The notes beneath the pieces are model-generated. The model was not told the origin of the DNA. It was given only the letters and a program-made list of their open reading frames with translations, and did not search any database. Position numbers and translations under genes: made by a program. Shown one piece after another: positions 1 to 8,436 of a stretch of DNA of 64,000 nt. Numbering within the stretch: the stretch's first letter is position 1; each line of letters starts with the position of its first letter. This DNA is from Patescibacteria group bacterium (GTDB taxonomy: Bacteria > Patescibacteriota > Patescibacteriia > UBA2591 > JAQUPP01). The stretch spans positions 128,467 through 192,466 of the forward strand of contig JAQUPP010000001.1 in assembly GCA_028716665.1 (NCBI GenBank), in the 5' to 3' direction.

Positions 1-503
1 CTAAGAGTGATCTTGAATATATTGAGGCGGCAAAAGCTTTTGATATTCATAATTATATGCTTTCATTCACGGAACAAGAGAAAGATATTCTTGAGATATT
101 AAAAGCTGACCCCAAAGCCCGAATAATTGCCAAAATTGAATCTTTAAGAGGGTTAAGTTTTGTCAGAGAAGTATATCCTAAATATCGAAGACAAGTTCGA
201 TTAATGGCGGCTCGTGATGATCTCTATATTAATATAGGTAGAGAAAAGACAAAGATATTTGATATACTCGCAGAAATTATCAGAGCAGACTCAAGGGCAA
301 TAGTCGCTTCGAGAATCTTGACGTCTTTAGAGGAAAAAGAAGTGGTGGAAATGGCAGATATTTCCGATTTAAGGTTGATGTTTTTAATGGGTTATAGGTA
401 TTTTTTGTTGAGCGACATGATTTGTTTTCATGAAGATTCTTTTAAGAAAGCTATGGAGATATTGAATTTTTTTGAAAGAGAGGTGGCTAATGAAAAAAAG
501 TAA
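1..503 (+). CDS. 5'-truncated ORF (runs off the window start). It weakly resembles the C-terminal part of a pyruvate-kinase/PEP-utilising TIM-barrel (KIES..G and MAARDDL motifs).
   Basis: The frame is open from base 3. The motifs RIIAKIESLRG and LMAARDDLYINIG resemble the PK 'KIENxEG' and 'MVARGDLG' motifs, but the match is weak. Confidence 0.3.
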   Translation, partial: KSDLEYIEAAKAFDIHNYMLSFTEQEKDILEILKADPKARIIAKIESLRGLSFVREVYPKYRRQVRLMAARDDLYINIGREKTKIFDILAEIIRADSRAIVASRILTSLEEKEVVEMADISDLRLMFLMGYRYFLLSDMICFHEDSFKKAMEILNFFEREVANEKK

Positions 504-1905
504 AGTTATTTGCGGTCTTGGATTTGGCGACGAAGGTAAGGGTTCTCTAATTGATTTTTTGGTAAGGCATTACAAAATACCCTTAGTGGTTAGGTACACA
601 GGCGGTCCGCAAGCAGGGCACAATGTAGTCGAACCAAATGGTCGGTGGCATTGTTTTGCCCAATTCGGAGCAGGAACATTAGTCCCCGAGATCAAGACAT
701 TTCTTTCCAAACAGATGTTGGTTAAGTTGGAAAATCTGGATCAAGAAGCGCGGGTTTTAAAGAGTAAAGGAGTGGAGAAGGTGTTCGAAAGGTTAATAAT
801 TGATACAGATGCCACTATTATCACTCCGGCCCATAAAATGATATGCCAAATGATGGAAATAGGCCGAAAAGAACGCCGATTCGGTTCTTGTGGGGTAGGT
901 GTTGGACAAGCCTTATATGATAGAGAAAAGGGTCTAGGAATAGTGATGGGAGATGTCTTAGATGAAAATGCCTTAAGGGTAAAATTAGAACATCTAATTG
1001 GGATAAAACTCAAAGAGGCTGAAAAAATTTTCAAAAAATGTCCATCTCTGGAGATGAAGGAAATCTATGATTACTTTCTAGACAGAGTCAATCCTCGAAT
1101 GCTTGCGCAATTTTATTCTCATTTTCTAAAAACAGCAAAAATCAATTTAGAAAAAGAGGATTATTTCTTTAGAACCATTAAACAAGAAATTGAGATGGTT
1201 TTTGAAGGAGCTCAAGGCGCACTTCTTGATTCAATTTATGGATTCAGTCCGTATATTACAAAAACCAGGGCGACGTTTCATAATGCAGAAAAAATTCTGA
1301 GACAAGTTTCAAAAATTGAAAAGATAGGAGTTGTTAGAGCATATCTTACCCGTCACGGACCAGGACCTTTTGTAACAGAAGATATTAATTTGGGGAAGAA
1401 GGTTAACGATTCATATAATCCGGAGAATAGATGGCAAGGAAAATTACGTTCAGGATGGTTTGATTTATTGGCTATTCGATATGGAGTTTTGATTAATGAG
1501 GGAGTTGATTGGATTGCTTTGACGAATTTAGACCAACTTTCAGGACTAAAGACAATAAGGGTCTGTACTTCTTATGACTACCATGGAGATTTGCGAATTC
1601 TTGAACCTTATTTCAAATGGGAATCTATTGGAAAGAGAAGAGCAAAAATTTTTGCCTTCAAAAAACCGGATATCAATTCAGTAAAAATCGGTGAATTGGC
1701 TCAAATTTTATTCCAATGCAAACCCTTGGAATATAAAGAATTTGCAGGGTGGAGAGAAGATCTAACCAATATAAGAACTTTTAAAAAACTTCCGAGTCAG
1801 GCGCAAGAATACATTAAATTCTTGCAAAACTCTGGAGGGTTAGGGGTTCCTATCAAAATTGTCTCGGTAAATCCTACTTGGGAGGGTAAGATTCTACTCG
1901 ATTAA
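490..1905 (+). CDS. purA: Adenylosuccinate synthetase
   Basis: An N-terminal GDEGKG P-loop is followed by GGPQAGHN. YLTRHGPGPFVTED matches the PurA 'TRVGxGPFPTE' motif. The start was chosen at MKKSKVICGLGFGDEGKG. Confidence 0.8.
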   Translation: MKKSKVICGLGFGDEGKGSLIDFLVRHYKIPLVVRYTGGPQAGHNVVEPNGRWHCFAQFGAGTLVPEIKTFLSKQMLVKLENLDQEARVLKSKGVEKVFERLIIDTDATIITPAHKMICQMMEIGRKERRFGSCGVGVGQALYDREKGLGIVMGDVLDENALRVKLEHLIGIKLKEAEKIFKKCPSLEMKEIYDYFLDRVNPRMLAQFYSHFLKTAKINLEKEDYFFRTIKQEIEMVFEGAQGALLDSIYGFSPYITKTRATFHNAEKILRQVSKIEKIGVVRAYLTRHGPGPFVTEDINLGKKVNDSYNPENRWQGKLRSGWFDLLAIRYGVLINEGVDWIALTNLDQLSGLKTIRVCTSYDYHGDLRILEPYFKWESIGKRRAKIFAFKKPDINSVKIGELAQILFQCKPLEYKEFAGWREDLTNIRTFKKLPSQAQEYIKFLQNSGGLGVPIKIVSVNPTWEGKILLD

Positions 1906-1910
1906 AATTA

Positions 1911-1945
1911 AAAAAGTCGTTCAGATTAAATCTGAACGACTTTTT
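1911..1945. terminator. Perfect hairpin (aaaaagtcgttcaga-ttaaa-tctgaacgacttttt). It is a bidirectional intrinsic terminator.
   Basis: A 15-bp perfect inverted repeat is flanked by A/T runs between purA and a tRNA. Confidence 0.6.
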
Positions 1946-1960
1946 AAAATATTATTCATA

Positions 1961-2032
1961 TGCCTCCGACAGGAATCGAACCCGTATCCCTGGTTCCGAA
2001 GACCAGTGCTCTATCCTTTGAGCTACGGAGGC
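1961..2032 (-). tRNA. tRNA-Arg (anticodon TCG)
   Basis: The reverse complement folds into a cloverleaf with a 7-bp acceptor stem, a GCUC/GAGC D-stem, anticodon loop CUUCGGA and T-loop UUCGAUU. No CCA is encoded. Confidence 0.85.
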
Positions 2033-2180
2033 AGAATATAAAATGACCAATTGACCTAATTTCTAATTGACCTAATCAATAACTAACAACTAAACGCCCA
2101 ATGTCTAAAATTTTTTGGGTCATTGAGTCATTGGGATTTATTTAGATCAATTAGATTAATTAGACTAATTAGTCATTAAT

Positions 2181-3227
2181 TTATTCTTTCAATAATTCTT
2201 CCGGATAAGTTGCGTGGGCCAAGGCTGTGTCTAAAGTAATAACTTTTTCCCGATAAAGCTTTTTTAAGCCATCTTCCAGTGTGCACATTCCTTCTTTGCC
2301 GCCGGTTTGCATACAAGATTTTATTTGGGCGATTTTATTTTCTCTGATTAAATTGGCAACTGCCGGAGTGTTAATTAAAACTTCTCTGACCGCGACTCTG
2401 CCGCCGCCAATTTTTGGTAATAAATGTTGAGAGATAATGCCTCTTAAGGCCAAGGCAATTTGCAATTTTACTTGGTTTTGTTGATGAGGGGGGAAAACAT
2501 CAATAATTCTATCAATGGTTTGAGGGGCGTTTGCAGTATGAAGAGTGGCTAAAATTAAATGTCCGGTTTCAGCCAAAGTAATAGCCAGCCCGATTGTTTC
2601 TAAATCTCTCATCTCTCCGACAAAAATTACATCAGGATTTTGTCTGACAATGTGTTTTAAGGCCGAATCAAAAGAGGTCATATCTTGTCCTAACTCTCGC
2701 TGAGCGATCAAACTTTTTTTGGAAGTAAAAACATATTCAATTGGATCTTCAAGGGTAATAATATGACAGGCTCGTTCATTATTAATTCTTTCAATCATTG
2801 CCGCCAAAGTGGTTGATTTTCCACAGCCTGTCGGCCCAGTCACTAAAACCAACCCGTCTTGAAGTTTAATTAATTCATGAGCTGCCGGAGGCAAGCCGAT
2901 TTCTTCCATGCTTGGAATTATCGGTTGAATAACTCTGGCCGCCAAAGCCAAATGTCCTTTTTCCCAAAAAATATTAATTCTAAAACGGATATTATCTTTA
3001 ATTTGATAAGAAAGATCTAAATTTTTCTTTTTTAAAAGTACTTCTTTTTGGGCCGGGGTCATAATCGGTTCGGCCAATTTTAAAATAGTTTCGTGGTCAA
3101 AAATAGGCCAATTTTGTATTGGCCTTAAAATTCCGTCAACGCGGAAAAATGCGGGCAAGCCGTTGGCTAAGTGAACATCTGATGCTTTTAGCGCAACTGC
3201 GCCTTCAAATATTTCATCAAGATTCAT
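2181..3227 (-). CDS. pilT: Type IV pilus retraction ATPase PilT
   Basis: Walker A GPTGCGKSTTLAAMI is present, and the whole protein is PilT/PilU-like (348 aa). Confidence 0.85.
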   Translation of the reverse strand: MNLDEIFEGAVALKASDVHLANGLPAFFRVDGILRPIQNWPIFDHETILKLAEPIMTPAQKEVLLKKKNLDLSYQIKDNIRFRINIFWEKGHLALAARVIQPIIPSMEEIGLPPAAHELIKLQDGLVLVTGPTGCGKSTTLAAMIERINNERACHIITLEDPIEYVFTSKKSLIAQRELGQDMTSFDSALKHIVRQNPDVIFVGEMRDLETIGLAITLAETGHLILATLHTANAPQTIDRIIDVFPPHQQNQVKLQIALALRGIISQHLLPKIGGGRVAVREVLINTPAVANLIRENKIAQIKSCMQTGGKEGMCTLEDGLKKLYREKVITLDTALAHATYPEELLKE

Positions 3228-3284
3228 ATTTTAGCTTTTTAGGAATTAGCTTATTAGCTTTTATAAATTCTCAAGTTAGTTTTT

Positions 3285-3845
3285 TTATACCCTGGATACG
3301 TATTCGCCTGTATCGGTGTTAATTTTAATAATATCGCCTTCTTTAATAAAAATAGGAACAGTAAGTTGAGCTCCAGTTTCTATGGTAACAATTTTACTGG
3401 GAGTAGTGGCTGAATCACCTTTAACTGCAGGCGGCGCTTCAATTACTCTTAAATCTATTTTTTTTGGAATTTTTATACTGATTGGTCTTTCATTAAAAAG
3501 CAATACCTCCACTTCCAATCCTTCTTTTAAAAAATTTTTTGCCGTACCCAATATTTTTTCGTTTAAAGCAAATTGTTCATAATCGTCATCATTCATAAAA
3601 TAAAAATCTTTTCCGGATGGATAAAGAAAACTTGCTTTGGAAGTACTGGTGGAAGCCTCTTCAATTTTATCGCTTGATGAAAAAGTTTTTTCCAAAGCCT
3701 GCCCGGTAATGAGATTTTTAAGTTTTACGCGCACAGATGCTCTTCTATTGGCAACGTGAGTATGAAGAGAACTGACTATTGCGTAAGGCGCGTCATCAAT
3801 TTCAAGAATGGTTCCAATATTTTTTAAATCATTTAAGGATAACAT
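3285..3845 (-). CDS. efp: Elongation factor P
   Basis: The EF-P fold motifs are present: VRVKLKNLxTG and a C-terminal ...TGEYVSRV. The length is 186 aa. Confidence 0.85.
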   Translation of the reverse strand: MLSLNDLKNIGTILEIDDAPYAIVSSLHTHVANRRASVRVKLKNLITGQALEKTFSSSDKIEEASTSTSKASFLYPSGKDFYFMNDDDYEQFALNEKILGTAKNFLKEGLEVEVLLFNERPISIKIPKKIDLRVIEAPPAVKGDSATTPSKIVTIETGAQLTVPIFIKEGDIIKINTDTGEYVSRV

Positions 3846-3854
3846 AATATTTTT

Positions 3855-4064
3855 TTAGCTTTTAACAAAAGGCAAAAGAGCCATAAATCTTGCTCTTTTA
3901 ATGGCATGAGTTAATTTTCTTTGATGTTTGGCACAGACTCCTCTTTTGCGGCTTGGTAAAATTCTTTCATAAGTGGAAACAAATCGGCGCAAAAGTTCTA
4001 TGTCTTTATAATCAATTTCATTAACGCTATTGATGCAAAAATAACAATGTTTTTGATTTTCCAT
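3855..4064 (-). CDS. rpsR: Ribosomal protein S18
   Basis: The S18 consensus CYFC...IDYKD..LLRRFVS...[19 protein letters not shown] is recognisable. Confidence 0.85.
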   Translation of the reverse strand: MENQKHCYFCINSVNEIDYKDIELLRRFVSTYERILPSRKRGVCAKHQRKLTHAIKRARFMALLPFVKS

Positions 4065-4171
4065 AATTTAAATTCTAATTATTACAAATTTTAGAGCTTA
4101 CAAATTATTACAAATATTCGTAAAAATTTGTATTTAATATTATTTAATTATTTGTAGCGATTCGCATTTAA

Positions 4172-4609
4172 TTAAAACGGAATCTCCTCCACGTCTATTT
4201 CTTCTTCAGGGGTATTCCCTTCTTCGGGTAATGGTTTTTCTTCAGCTTCGCGCGGTTCATTATTTGAAGAAGCTCCTCCTCTTGCTTTGGCGCCAAATTG
4301 GACAGCCTGAGCGATAATTTCAGTGGTGGATTTTTTATTTCCTTGAGCATCTTGCCAAGAACGAGTGGTTAATCTGCCCTCAACATAAGCTTCTTGTCCT
4401 TTAACCAAATAACGGCTGCAGACTTCGGCTAATTTGCCCCAAACAACTACTCGATGAAAATCGGTTTGTTCTTTTTTTTCTCCTTGAGCGCTGGTCCAAT
4501 TTCTTGAAGTAGCCAAACTGAAAGTCGCCACATTTTGGCCATTAGGAGTGGTTCGCGCTTCAGGGTCTCTGGTCAATCGTCCAATAATCAAAACTTTATT
4601 AAGATTCAT
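4172..4609 (-). CDS. ssb: Single-stranded DNA-binding protein
   Basis: An OB-fold SSB sequence carries the acidic C-terminal tail ...EEIPF. The gene sits between rpsF and rpsR. Confidence 0.85.
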   Translation of the reverse strand: MNLNKVLIIGRLTRDPEARTTPNGQNVATFSLATSRNWTSAQGEKKEQTDFHRVVVWGKLAEVCSRYLVKGQEAYVEGRLTTRSWQDAQGNKKSTTEIIAQAVQFGAKARGGASSNNEPREAEEKPLPEEGNTPEEEIDVEEIPF

Positions 4610-4632
4610 AATTAAAAAATTATTAAATTAGA

Positions 4633-5061
4633 TTAAAATAAATCGTCAATTTTTTGTTCTAAATCTTTTAAACTGGTTTTGACAGTTGTTTTTTCTTCTT
4701 CTTTGACTTCTTTAATTTCTTCTTCCTTTTTTTCCACAGAGTGTCTCGGTTTTCTAATTTTCATCGGTTTGGAATTAAGGGTTACAATCATGTGCCTTAA
4801 AATTTCAGGCATTAATCTGATTGTGTCGTTTATTCCTTTTATTTCTTTTGTTTCTATTTCAAAACGAAAAAGGTTGTAGAACCCGCGATAAACATGCTTA
4901 ATCGGGTAAGCCAGTTTTTTGTTGCCAAGTTCTTCTTCTTTAAGAATCTTGCCGCCGGCCTTCTCAATCAACGACCTTATTTTTTTTGAAATTACCGGTA
5001 CGTCTTGCTCCGTGTAAGGAGTGGGAATGATATAGAGAATTTCATACATAAGATTTGACAT
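4633..5061 (-). CDS. rpsF: Ribosomal protein S6
   Basis: The S6-like N-terminus (YEI.YI..P) and the position at the head of the rpsF-ssb-rpsR operon support the call. Confidence 0.75.
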   Translation of the reverse strand: MSNLMYEILYIIPTPYTEQDVPVISKKIRSLIEKAGGKILKEEELGNKKLAYPIKHVYRGFYNLFRFEIETKEIKGINDTIRLMPEILRHMIVTLNSKPMKIRKPRHSVEKKEEEIKEVKEEEKTTVKTSLKDLEQKIDDLF

Positions 5062-5089
5062 TAATGATTTAAACTATAATAATGTTATT

Positions 5090-6349
5090 ATGACATATTT
5101 TCTTATATTAGGCAATAATCCAACTTTGTCAATAGCTGAAATCTTAAAGATACTCACAGGCCCTTTTGAGATTAAAAAAATATCAGAAGAAGTTTTAATT
5201 ATAGATTTGCCGGGAAATAAAGAAATTGATTTTGCGTATTTGGAAAACCGGTTGGGCGGAACTGTTAAGATCGGCAAAATTTTACCAAATCAGGATTTAA
5301 AAAATTTGGCTGATTTGTTTTCTGAAAAATCCACTAAAGTCAGATTCGGATTCAGTGTTTATCGTCTGGATCATCAAGCTTCAATTTCTCAAATCGTAAA
5401 TTTGATCAAAAATTTGGCTTTGAATTTGAAAAAAGACCTTAAAGAAAAAGGAATTTCTTCCCGCTGGGTCACTTCTCGCGAAGACGCTCTTTCTTCGGTT
5501 ATTGTTCAAACAAACAAGCTTTTAGAAACCGGCGCGGAATTTGTATTTTTCGCCGAGAAAAACGGATTTTTATTCGGCAGAACCTTGGCTTGTCAGGATT
5601 TTAAAGAGTACGGCTTTCGCGATTTTGGCCGGCCGAATCGGTCAATGGAACAGGGAATTTTACCGCCAAAACTGGCCAAAATTATGATTAATCTGGCCGG
5701 CGAACTGGATAAAAAAGCTTTAATTTTAGACCCTTTTTGCGGCGCGGGCACGATTTTGCAAGAAGCAGCCCTAATGGGTTATAAAAATATTATTGGCGCT
5801 GATTTAAACCCCGAAGCGATTAAAGACACTAAGGGAAATTTAGAATGGCTTGCCGAAAACAACCAATTGCCAATGACCAATTACAAAATTTTTCAGGCCA
5901 ATGTTAAAGAAATTTCTAAAAAAATAGACCCTCAATCAATTGATTTAATTGTTGCCGAGCCTTATTTGGGTCCGACCAAAATTTCCAGTTTAAAAGCTCA
6001 ATTGCCGATTATAATGTCTAAATTATCTGATTTATATCTTGGCGCTTTTAAAGAATTTCAAAAAATTTTAAAACCAAACGGGCAAGTGGTGATGATTTTT
6101 CCGATTTATCAGGATTTAAAACAAAATAATGGAATTTTTTCCGAATTTATTTTGCCGGAAATTATCCGCCCAAGGCCGACCAGCCTCGGGCTGGAAAAAA
6201 TAGGCTGGCAAATTATTAATCCCATTCCTGAAAATTTAAAAAATCATCCGATTATCAAATCAACCAAGCGGCAATCAATTATTTACGCCCGAGCCAATCA
6301 AGAAGTCTGGCGCGAAATTTTTATCTTCTCTCTCGGCAAAAATAGATAA
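5090..6349 (+). CDS. Putative RNA (N2-G/N6-A type) SAM-dependent methyltransferase, Trm11/RlmL/UPF0020-like
   Basis: The SAM-binding motif LILDPFCGAGTIL is present, together with a degenerate (N/D)PPY-like AEPYLG. Confidence 0.5.
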   Translation: MTYFLILGNNPTLSIAEILKILTGPFEIKKISEEVLIIDLPGNKEIDFAYLENRLGGTVKIGKILPNQDLKNLADLFSEKSTKVRFGFSVYRLDHQASISQIVNLIKNLALNLKKDLKEKGISSRWVTSREDALSSVIVQTNKLLETGAEFVFFAEKNGFLFGRTLACQDFKEYGFRDFGRPNRSMEQGILPPKLAKIMINLAGELDKKALILDPFCGAGTILQEAALMGYKNIIGADLNPEAIKDTKGNLEWLAENNQLPMTNYKIFQANVKEISKKIDPQSIDLIVAEPYLGPTKISSLKAQLPIIMSKLSDLYLGAFKEFQKILKPNGQVVMIFPIYQDLKQNNGIFSEFILPEIIRPRPTSLGLEKIGWQIINPIPENLKNHPIIKSTKRQSIIYARANQEVWREIFIFSLGKNR

Positions 6350-6358
6350 AAATAAAAA

Positions 6359-6385
6359 GAGGGCAAGAATATCTTTCTTGCCCTC
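6359..6385. terminator. Bidirectional intrinsic terminator (gagggcaagaa-tatct-ttcttgccctc)
   Basis: An 11-bp perfect stem is flanked by A-run/T-run between convergent genes. Confidence 0.6.
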
Positions 6386-6395
6386 AAATAAATAA

Positions 6396-7283
6396 TCACC
6401 TCTTTAAATCTTTCAATAGCTGCTTCCGATTTTCTTCTTCGATCTTTCTTTTTTTCTTTTCTTTAGCCTCTTCTTGTTCTTCTATTGTCTTCTCAGCTTT
6501 GAAATACACACTTGCTATTCTTTGTGCAAGACGTCCCTCGCTATTTGAAGTAAATTCAAATGCCTTTTTCTTATCAATAATGCGTAAACAATAATACGTC
6601 CAACTTACTGATTCATATAAGGCGGTGGTGCTGCCAGATTCTTGCGTAATAATAATTTTTTTTCTTTTGTAAACTGTTGAATAAGAAAAATAATCATTCC
6701 TTTCTTTTCTCCATACAACCCCAGCCTTTTTTAAAAGATCGAGTGTTTTTTCTACATCAGAAGATCTTAATTCAATTGCTTCTGCCATTTTAGGCCTCCT
6801 TTTTATAAGGTTTAGATTTAATCCTTTCTTTCTAAAAATCATATCAAATCCGTCTGATAGTTTAGGTGGGTCTTCCTCCAGCGCTCGATAATGAGTTTTG
6901 ATAGTATCAGTAGTCACAGGGAATGCGGGACCCCTACCTTGTTTTAATCGTTGGTAATGTCTGCGAATACAAGTATTAAGCGGTGGTTTCATCCAGATAC
7001 AAATTATTTTTTTTGCGCCAGCTTTTCTGCTAATTTCGATAATTTTTTTGCGCATATTAACAAAAGCATTTGGCATATCCACTATCACGTTTTGTTTTTC
7101 AGATAACAACTTCTTTAATTTTTTCTTAATGATTTCAAATATTTCCATCTCGGATTTATCTCTATATTGTCTTTTAATTTCATCAGCATCAAGAATTTCC
7201 AATTTAGATTTTTTCGCCAAATTCTTAGCAAAGGTAGTTTTCCCGGAAGCCGGCACTCCAACCATTATATAACAGTTCGACAT
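6396..7283 (-). CDS. P-loop kinase-like NTPase. Its C-terminal ~120-aa domain is homologous to the two small upstream ORFs, and it ends in a K/E-rich tail.
   Basis: A Walker A GVPASGKTT lies at the N-terminus (AAA_33/zeta-toxin/PNK-like). The C-terminal half aligns with ORFs 7338-7769 and 7946-8293 (AEAIELRSS...YFSYS...YYCLRIIDKK). The tail is ...EEENRKQLLKDLKR. Confidence 0.6.
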   Translation of the reverse strand: MSNCYIMVGVPASGKTTFAKNLAKKSKLEILDADEIKRQYRDKSEMEIFEIIKKKLKKLLSEKQNVIVDMPNAFVNMRKKIIEISRKAGAKKIICIWMKPPLNTCIRRHYQRLKQGRGPAFPVTTDTIKTHYRALEEDPPKLSDGFDMIFRKKGLNLNLIKRRPKMAEAIELRSSDVEKTLDLLKKAGVVWRKERNDYFSYSTVYKRKKIIITQESGSTTALYESVSWTYYCLRIIDKKKAFEFTSNSEGRLAQRIASVYFKAEKTIEEQEEAKEKKKRKIEEENRKQLLKDLKR

Positions 7284-7337
7284 CTTTTACCTCCTTTTTA
7301 CAAAACGAATAAGAATGTTTTTTACTCCCTAAAATAG

Positions 7338-7769
7338 CTATAGTTTCAGTTTTTTTAACAATTCCTCTCGAGCATTGTTTTCTGTTTTTTCGCGACCCCC
7401 TTCTTCAACTGCCCATTTTTCATTTTCTATTTTTACAATACTCTCCCTGATTTTTTTAACAATTAACGAGAGCTGATGGGAGATTTCGAATAATATTTTT
7501 TGTGCCCAAGAGTCTCCATAATAGTCCCCGGCAGACTTAAATTCATTTTTCCCATCAAGAACACAAAAATAATAATAGCTTATCGAGCTGGTGTCATATA
7601 TACCACTTGTATCTTGGCAACCTTCTATAATAATAAATTCTATTCCATTATCAGTTGTTGAGAAATTATCTTTCCCATTTTCCCTCCATTTATCAGTCTC
7701 GAGTTTTGTTAATTTTTTCATGATTTCTCGTGTTTCTGAACTACCTAATTCAATTGGTTCTTTTACCAT
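7338..7769 (-). CDS. Small protein of unknown function, paralog of the kinase C-terminal domain
   Basis: MVKEPIELGSSETREIMKKL...SYYYFCVLDGKNEF...ELLKKLKL aligns to the kinase C-terminal domain and to the 115-aa ORF. Confidence 0.5.
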   Translation of the reverse strand: MVKEPIELGSSETREIMKKLTKLETDKWRENGKDNFSTTDNGIEFIIIEGCQDTSGIYDTSSISYYYFCVLDGKNEFKSAGDYYGDSWAQKILFEISHQLSLIVKKIRESIVKIENEKWAVEEGGREKTENNAREELLKKLKL

Positions 7770-7945
7770 CTTTCCTCCTTTCTTGTAAAAGGCGAGAATA
7801 TTTTTTCTCGCCCCCCTTTAAATAACTTATACTTCCAACTTTTTTATTAATTGCTCTTGAGCTCTTTTTTCTGCCCGTTCTTGTTGTCTTTTCTCTCTTC
7901 TAAGCTTTTTTTCTTCAACTATTTTTTGTTGATCATTTTTTTTCT

Positions 7946-8293
7946 TTAGTTCCTCTTTAGCCCTATGAAAGAGAGACGCAATTCTCTGCCCCCTACTTTT
8001 TCTGCTATAAAAAATCTACCTTCTCCGTCAAGAATCATTAAGGTATATTCTACTACCCATTTTTGACCACTACCGCTGTCATAATCTGCATAGTAGCTAG
8101 AAATATCTTTAATAGTGATTTCCATCTTCCCGCTAATCGTTAATACAAGAGAGTCTTTGTCTATTCTTTCTATTTTATTGAACTTATCAATCCCAATTTT
8201 TTCTAACTTCTCCAAAATTTCTTTTATTTTTATATCACTTAATTTGATCGGTTCTTTTGCCATTTTCTCCTCCTTTTTAAAGAACAATTTCAT
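7946..8293 (-). CDS. Small paralog of the same family, apparently frameshifted. A conserved K/E-rich tail is encoded in another frame down to 7827.
   Basis: MAKEPIKLSD...MILDGEGRFF is family-like. After a T6 run (plus-strand A6 at 8009-8014) the conserved ...GQRIASLFHRAKEEL...EQLIKKLEV tail continues in a different frame and ends at a stop at 7827-7829. Confidence 0.5.
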   Translation of the reverse strand: MKLFFKKEEKMAKEPIKLSDIKIKEILEKLEKIGIDKFNKIERIDKDSLVLTISGKMEITIKDISSYYADYDSGSGQKWVVEYTLMILDGEGRFFIAEKVGGRELRLSFIGLKRN

Positions 8294-8312
8294 TTAATTG
8301 TCTTATATTATC

Positions 8313-8341
8313 ACTATAGCACAAATTTAATTTTTGTCAAG
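8313..8341 (-). promoter_or_regulatory. Sigma-70-like promoter for the small-paralog/kinase operon (minus-strand TTGACA ... TTGTGCTATAGT)
   Basis: The reverse complement reads TTGACA followed by ~17 nt and then an extended -10 TGTGcTATAGT. Confidence 0.45.
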
Positions 8342-8353
8342 TATTCTCGACAT
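8334..8353. promoter_or_regulatory. Candidate operator TTGTCAAG-N5-TCGACA. A similar site lies upstream of the second TrmB paralog.
   Basis: It is an imperfect inverted repeat matching 25972-25990. Confidence 0.35.
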
Positions 8354-8373
8354 AAAGAGAGTGGATAACTAAT

Positions 8374-8401
8374 TTGACATATTTTATGGGTATTATATAA
8401 T
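8374..8401 (+). promoter_or_regulatory. Sigma-70-like promoter TTGACA-N16-TATAAT upstream of the TrmB-like regulator
   Basis: There are exact consensus hexamers, and the -10 lies ~35 nt upstream of the ATG at 8437. Confidence 0.55.
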
Positions 8402-8436
8402 AAAAGTGTCGTCGAAAAATATCAACAAATACGCTT

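Noticed and set aside
741-1034. Antisense ORFs inside purA, ppdK (for example 16044-16640 and 17071-17469), the giant gene (for example 43482-43808 and 45297-45596) and elsewhere
   Set aside because: They are embedded opposite strongly supported long genes, they have low-complexity or skewed composition, and they have no start context. They are typical AT-rich shadow ORFs.
4065-4171. ttacaaatt x3 direct repeats between rpsR and ssb as a regulatory element
   Set aside because: They are short, AT-rich and in a 100-bp spacer. They cannot be distinguished from compositional noise without comparative data.
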